Shown here: positions 59,197 through 64,000 of the stretch, piece after piece
Layout of the letters: each line of letters opens with the position of its first letter
Position numbering within the stretch: the first letter of the stretch is position 1
Assembly: GCA_008632985.1 (NCBI GenBank)
Contig: QPGO01000010.1
Coordinates: forward strand, 310,001 to 374,000
DNA length: 64,000 nt
Source: Psammoneis japonica
Taxonomy: Eukaryota
Direction: 5' to 3'
Program-made: the position numbers and the translations under genes
Notes under the pieces: model-generated
The model's database searches: none
Seen by the model: the letters and a program-made list of their open reading frames with translations, nothing else
Told to the model about the DNA's origin: nothing

Positions 59197-61723
59197 TGCG
59201 GCCAGAGCCAACTCCTGTTGTTCTTGTGCATCATTTGCTGATTGGTTGCCTTTCCAGTCTTGATCCCCCACACACATGTCCAAGAGAACCATTTTGCTTG
59301 AAGTCTGCACACCAACCAGCCTCAGACCAACTGTCCAGAGATGGCATCCATGAGCACTCAAGGTGGTGACGGCAACCCTGGCAACAGCTGCAGGTTGTGG
59401 TGCAGCGCTGCTGACACCAGCCCACAACACATGGCTGGACACCAAGAGCAACAGCAATCAATCAAAACAGGGTTGTCATCGTGATGACACACCCAACACA
59501 GCCCAGAAAATTTCACAAAAAGAGAGAGAAGAGCAGCAGCTGCAAGGGTGCTGAGAAGCAACTCTTGTCATCACAGGACATGACAAGAAATCTTGCCAAT
59601 GTGACTCACATTGAAAGCCACTGGTCCTTTCAAAGAGAACAGACACAACATTTCCCTGCTCCTCTTTCTTCTTCTTCTCCTCCTCCAAGAAAGTCACCTC
59701 ATGTCCCCTGTGCTTTTGCTCATTTTTTGGGATGTCTCAAGTGTGCTTGCCTTTCCCTGTGTTTTTGGTTCTTTCCAGGGCAGCATCTCAACCATTGTGC
59801 AAAAGCTTGGGACCATCCTTGTGCTTTTGGCATGTTCACAATGGCTCTTTTGAAATGACTTGCTCAAAGCTGTCATGACCTCAGTCATCTGTGAGAACCC
59901 CATGTGCTGCAGATTCAAATCATTTCAACCAGCAACATCTCTTGCAACAAGGTTTTTTTGGCTTGCTGCAGTTGCTGGCACAAGATGTTGTGTTTTCAGG
60001 TTCCCACAAGATGTTCTTGGCTGCACCCACAATGTGCTCACCAGCTCCATGCACAAGCCATCTGGCTCAGGTTTGACATTGCCACACTGGGGACAGAGAT
60101 GCATTTTTTTCTCCCTGGTCATTCTCAGGTCTTGTTGTGGCGACCTTTGCTCCCTCTGAAAGAGCATGGGTGGTCTGTTTGGAGGTGCTCTTTGTCTTTG
60201 GTTTGTCTGTGTGCTTCCTGTCTGGGATTTTGCAGAATGACGCTGTGTCCTGTGACTTGGTGGCAGTCACAATGAGGGCCATTCTTTTTGCCTTGCTGTG
60301 TTTCTCATCTGTCTCACTGGCCATCCTCTTGGCATGTCCATGGCTGCCTCTCTGTCAAGCACAACACAGTGCATGTTGTGCTTTGTGTGGTGGCCACAGA
60401 CTTGAAGATGGATGAAGACAACATGGTTGTGCTGACTTGCTGTTGATGCCACAATCCTCCCGCATTTTTCATTTTGCCATCCAAATCAATCACAGCTGCT
60501 GACTCATCAATGGGCTCTTCTGCACTGTGGCTGATGGTGTGTTTCTTGACACAGCACTGGCCAGGTTTTTGAGCCAAGCCACCATTGCTGTCTTCATTTC
60601 TGCATGATTGGCAGCTTGTCTTGCCTTTGTTGTGGCTTGTTCTGCCACATTCATTGGATGGCCAGTTGGACAACTGTGTCTTGCTGGTGACTCTGGAAAT
60701 GCAGCAAGGCAAGCACATTGTTGGATTCCTCCAACTGCATTTTTTGTGTCTTTGTTGTCAATGTCTCCATCACAACTCTTGCTGCTTCTCATCACTTTCT
60801 GGTGCTCTGGCTGGTCACAAGCTCTGCATGTCATCTCTTGTGTTTTGCTGCATTTTTCTTTGTGACTGCCACACAATGTCTTCCAACATGGCATGTGTGC
60901 TGATGTTGCTGGGCAGGCCATGCAACATTTTTTTCATCCAGTTCGTTCTGCAGTTGATGCTGGTTTTGAATTTTTGTTCTGTGCTGTCTCCTGTGGCATG
61001 TGGGCACCTTGGGTGGCACTGCAATTGCCAAAAGCAGTGTCTTTTTTTTTCAGAAGTGCCTCCAAGCTTGGGGCACGTGAAGCAGTTGGAGGACATTTGA
61101 CACCCCGACTTGTCTGTTTTGATGTGACAGAGTCTGTGTTGCAGCAGGCTCACATTGAATTTCTTGTTCCTCTGCCAGTTCTTGCAGGAGTTGCTGAACT
61201 GGAATTTTGTTGTTTGACATTCCTCAGCTGCATTGTCACCCAACATTGACATCAAAGCATTTGCAGTTGACTTGGTCTAACATGTGCATCAACACAGCCA
61301 CCAAGTTCCGATCACTGCTTTTTGCTCTTTGTTGTTGACAACCATGGTTCATCATCAACATCATTGCATTCATCATGGCTGTCATCACTTTTTCAAGATG
61401 CAACAACTGTCACGACGCCTTTGGCAGTGATGGAAGACTTGCGGCAATTCCACCCCAAAAATAATGCAGACTACAGTGGAAACGGGACGATCTAACGACA
61501 CTTCCAGGTTCTAGGACAGCGTAATGCATGCACTCTAGAGAGACAGTGAGATCTCCGTCTTTCTATGCTAGCAATCTGTCTATCTCGCATGGAGCGTACT
61601 CCCTGAATGAAACCCACCTCAAGGAGAATTTTGCGCCATTCCATATCTCTAGTTTTTCCTCTTAACAATAATACCGGTAATAACATGGTAACTACTGTAC
61701 TTATGGCCGTGCAAAGAACCGTC

Positions 61724-62929
61724 CTAGCCGGAACTTGTGGAGTGCCTACTAGATCCTTGCTCAGCTAACTCAAGCAAGCTCTCCTTTTCTTCTTCTGCTG
61801 AGGAGGCCTGAGGTGTATGCGGCTTTTCGACCGGCGGGGTTGCTGCTTTTGGTGTAGAATCAAACGTGTAGTTGCAAATTGCTATAACCACTTGTGTGCC
61901 AGCAATAATCATAGTGGGGGTGAGCGGACCGCCTACCAGAAATGATCCAACAAAGAGCTGAAAATGATTGAACCCGTTGTGGCCAATGCCTTGAGTATCG
62001 AATCACCGTGTTTAATAGATAGAGCCACCAGGAGCCCACCCGCTGCGCCCAAGATGGCCAAGATCCATGTCACCAAGGTCCAACCGCCACCATACCCATT
62101 CTCTCCACCACCCTCGTGAAACATGAAGGAGAGGTAAACTGGAAAGCTCCACAAGGCCAACTGAAATTTCGTTCCCATATATCCAATTGTTCGCCACTGG
62201 CTTTTATCACCTTTTCAAAGTAAATTGACGCAAACCCGCTCAGCGTCACTTCGACTAGCACTGCCACTGTGCCCAGTATTTGATTGTTTCCGTCCACGGA
62301 CATCGGAGCCCCGTCCTTCCAGATGGGCTCAGAAAATAGCAAGACGCCCAGCATTAGAGCTACAAGAGCACGCCATTGAGTTGTGGTGTAGTGACGCCGC
62401 AATATTAGAGTGGAAAAGGTGGCAGTCGTCAAGATTTTGCATTGCGCAAAAATAGTAAACATTCCAGCACCAATGTTTCGCAACGAAATGTAGCTGAGAA
62501 TGTTCATGAGTCCGTACAGAATTGCCAAAACAAACATCTTTTGAGACTTCTGAGCTAAATAGTTGAGTCGACTCCATATTGAATCGCCTTGCGGTAGATT
62601 CCCCGAAATCATCCATGCGGCATACACCATTTTCATTGCTTCACCCATCAAAAGTACCTCGTGCTGGTCGAGCAGACGGGAATAAGTGTCAGCAGACATC
62701 ACATTCGTGCGGTATTTATTGACTCGACCGCCTAGAAAATAACAACAGCGCTTACCTTGGAATAGTCCTCTTTCAGAATCCCCTGACTGTACCGTCTCAG
62801 TACGGTGAACATTGAGTTTTGCAAACAGAGAATCATCAGCACCACGAGTTTGGTGCTGTTGAGACATGATGATAGCCCTCGACGATTCTTTCCATTCACA
62901 TCATCAGGTGTCGAAGGCGTTGCTGCCAT
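61724..62929 (-). pseudogene. Nucleotide-sugar transporter (SLC35A/UDP-galactose or CMP-sialic acid type) with two 1-nt deletions; exons 62929-62756 and 62663-61724
   Basis: LCLQNS...RRYS, LMGEAMK, QCKILTTATFS, LSGFASIYFEKVIK, IWERN and GGLLVA..IKHGDSILK. The frame breaks near 62165 and 61935, so this is either a pseudogene or an assembly error. Confidence 0.75.
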
Positions 62930-64000
62930 TGTACCACTCTTAATTTATGAAGATAATCTGATTGCTTTTCTTCTCCCACTAGGCTGCCAATATCATGTAC
63001 AAATACGGAAAGAATTGAACACGGAGCTTTGAGCTGAAAATGGAGATAATGACCCGCAGCGCAGCGCCTCGTCTGCTTGTCCGTGACGGACTTATTCTTT
63101 TATTGCGACTGTGCAATACAAAATTCCAAACTCTCGAATAAGCTATTCCATTCACCAATACGAAAATCAATTACAGTTTAATATCCGTGTCTGTTCACAG
63201 GTGCCAGGTGCAGCTCTGATGATTGCTCGTCTTACCGCAAGGGCGAATAAGATCTTAAAGTGTCCCAATGTGCATGGTGAAGAATCAGCTCCCGCACACC
63301 AGCCCTACTGTACGCCTTTGACAACATCATCATCATGGACCCGATACGCGCAAGGCCTCGGCAACAAGAACCACACGGGAGGCTGTGAATTATGAACATT
63401 CATGATTGAATGTATTATATAGACTTCATGAATTATATATGAGATCGAATACTTCTATTATAATGAAACCCGAACCGCGATCTTGCCGCGACCACAAACC
63501 CGAACAAGAACAAAAGGTCGCGAAAACGAGGGAAACGGGAAACGACTCCGAGACGAAAACAACACGCAACTCGAACCCATCTATGCAATTTTCTGTTCAC
63601 AATCGAAAAGACATTCCTCCGCGCCTCCACTTCTCACGGATAGAAACATTTTGACAAAGAAGTCATGCCACGGCCAAAGTCTAAAGCAAAAGGCAAGGAG
63701 GCCCAAATCGCTTCGCTTGTAGAGCTTTTGATGAACGAGCCTTCTCTGAACAATGAGATCCCCGTCAAGCGTGACAAGAACAGTCAACCTTGGTGTCACA
63801 TGGAGCTTTTCGCTCGTACTCTTGAAAATGGTCGTGACTTGGTCCACACGTGCTTTGTGATTTTGGACGGAGTTGAAAGACCAGCAAAGGGGGAAACCCT
63901 CAAAATACCGCGAAGGCCTACAAGACGAGTTGCTGAAATGTCTCCTGGTTTTGCACATGGTAGTTCAGCGTCAGACAAAGTGGCGGAATAAGAGTAGGTT

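Larger units (their letters stand above)
49890..61460. other. TpA-depleted block C: an old unclassified TE (49890-52262 and 59197-61460) with a younger copia element nested in it
   Basis: I found no TpA between 59197 and 61277 and only 10 in 49890-52262. CpG is also scarce in these flanks but abundant inside the copia element. Confidence 0.9.

Noticed and set aside
372..61460. Classical RIP or CpG-methylation decay as the sole explanation of the composition
   Set aside because: RIP increases TpA, and CpG decay does not remove it. Neither produces Tyr>His/Cys.
63400..64000. ORFs at the right edge
   Set aside because: Short, conflicting strands and no recognisable domain; sequence beyond the window is needed.

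Overview
This is eukaryotic nuclear DNA, almost certainly from a pennate diatom: it has a diatom-specific cyclin, a CoDi-type Ty1/copia element, short GT-AG introns and plastid-type presequences. The window alternates between two kinds of sequence. (1) Ordinary gene-rich DNA at about 16.0-25.6 kb, 28.0-41.3 kb and 61.5-64 kb carries two TLDc genes, an SMCO4-like gene, a Lon-N-domain gene, a WW-GT7 galactosyltransferase, QCR7, an Hv1 proton channel, transportin-1, a Kir channel, a dsCYC cyclin, a DnaJ protein and a nucleotide-sugar transporter. A conventionally decayed pseudogene zone lies at 41.4-49.7 kb. (2) Three sharply bounded transposon blocks at about 0.4-16.0 kb, 25.7-27.8 kb and 49.9-61.5 kb have lost almost all TpA dinucleotides. 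The main result is a TE-restricted mutational process that converts TpA to TpG/CpA, the reverse of fungal RIP. Four lines of evidence support it: the two LTRs of a full-length copia element differ only by YpR transitions; conserved Tyr codons in three unrelated retroelements have become His or Cys; an unmutated paralog elsewhere in the window polarises the change; and surviving TpA sites are mostly in YTAR context. Also notable are a TRIM-like mini-LTR element carrying a tRNA-type A/B-box promoter and a copia primer-binding site matching a half tRNA-Asn. All counts are by eye and family motifs are from recall; no searches were run. No gene that could encode the mutator is recognisable in the window.
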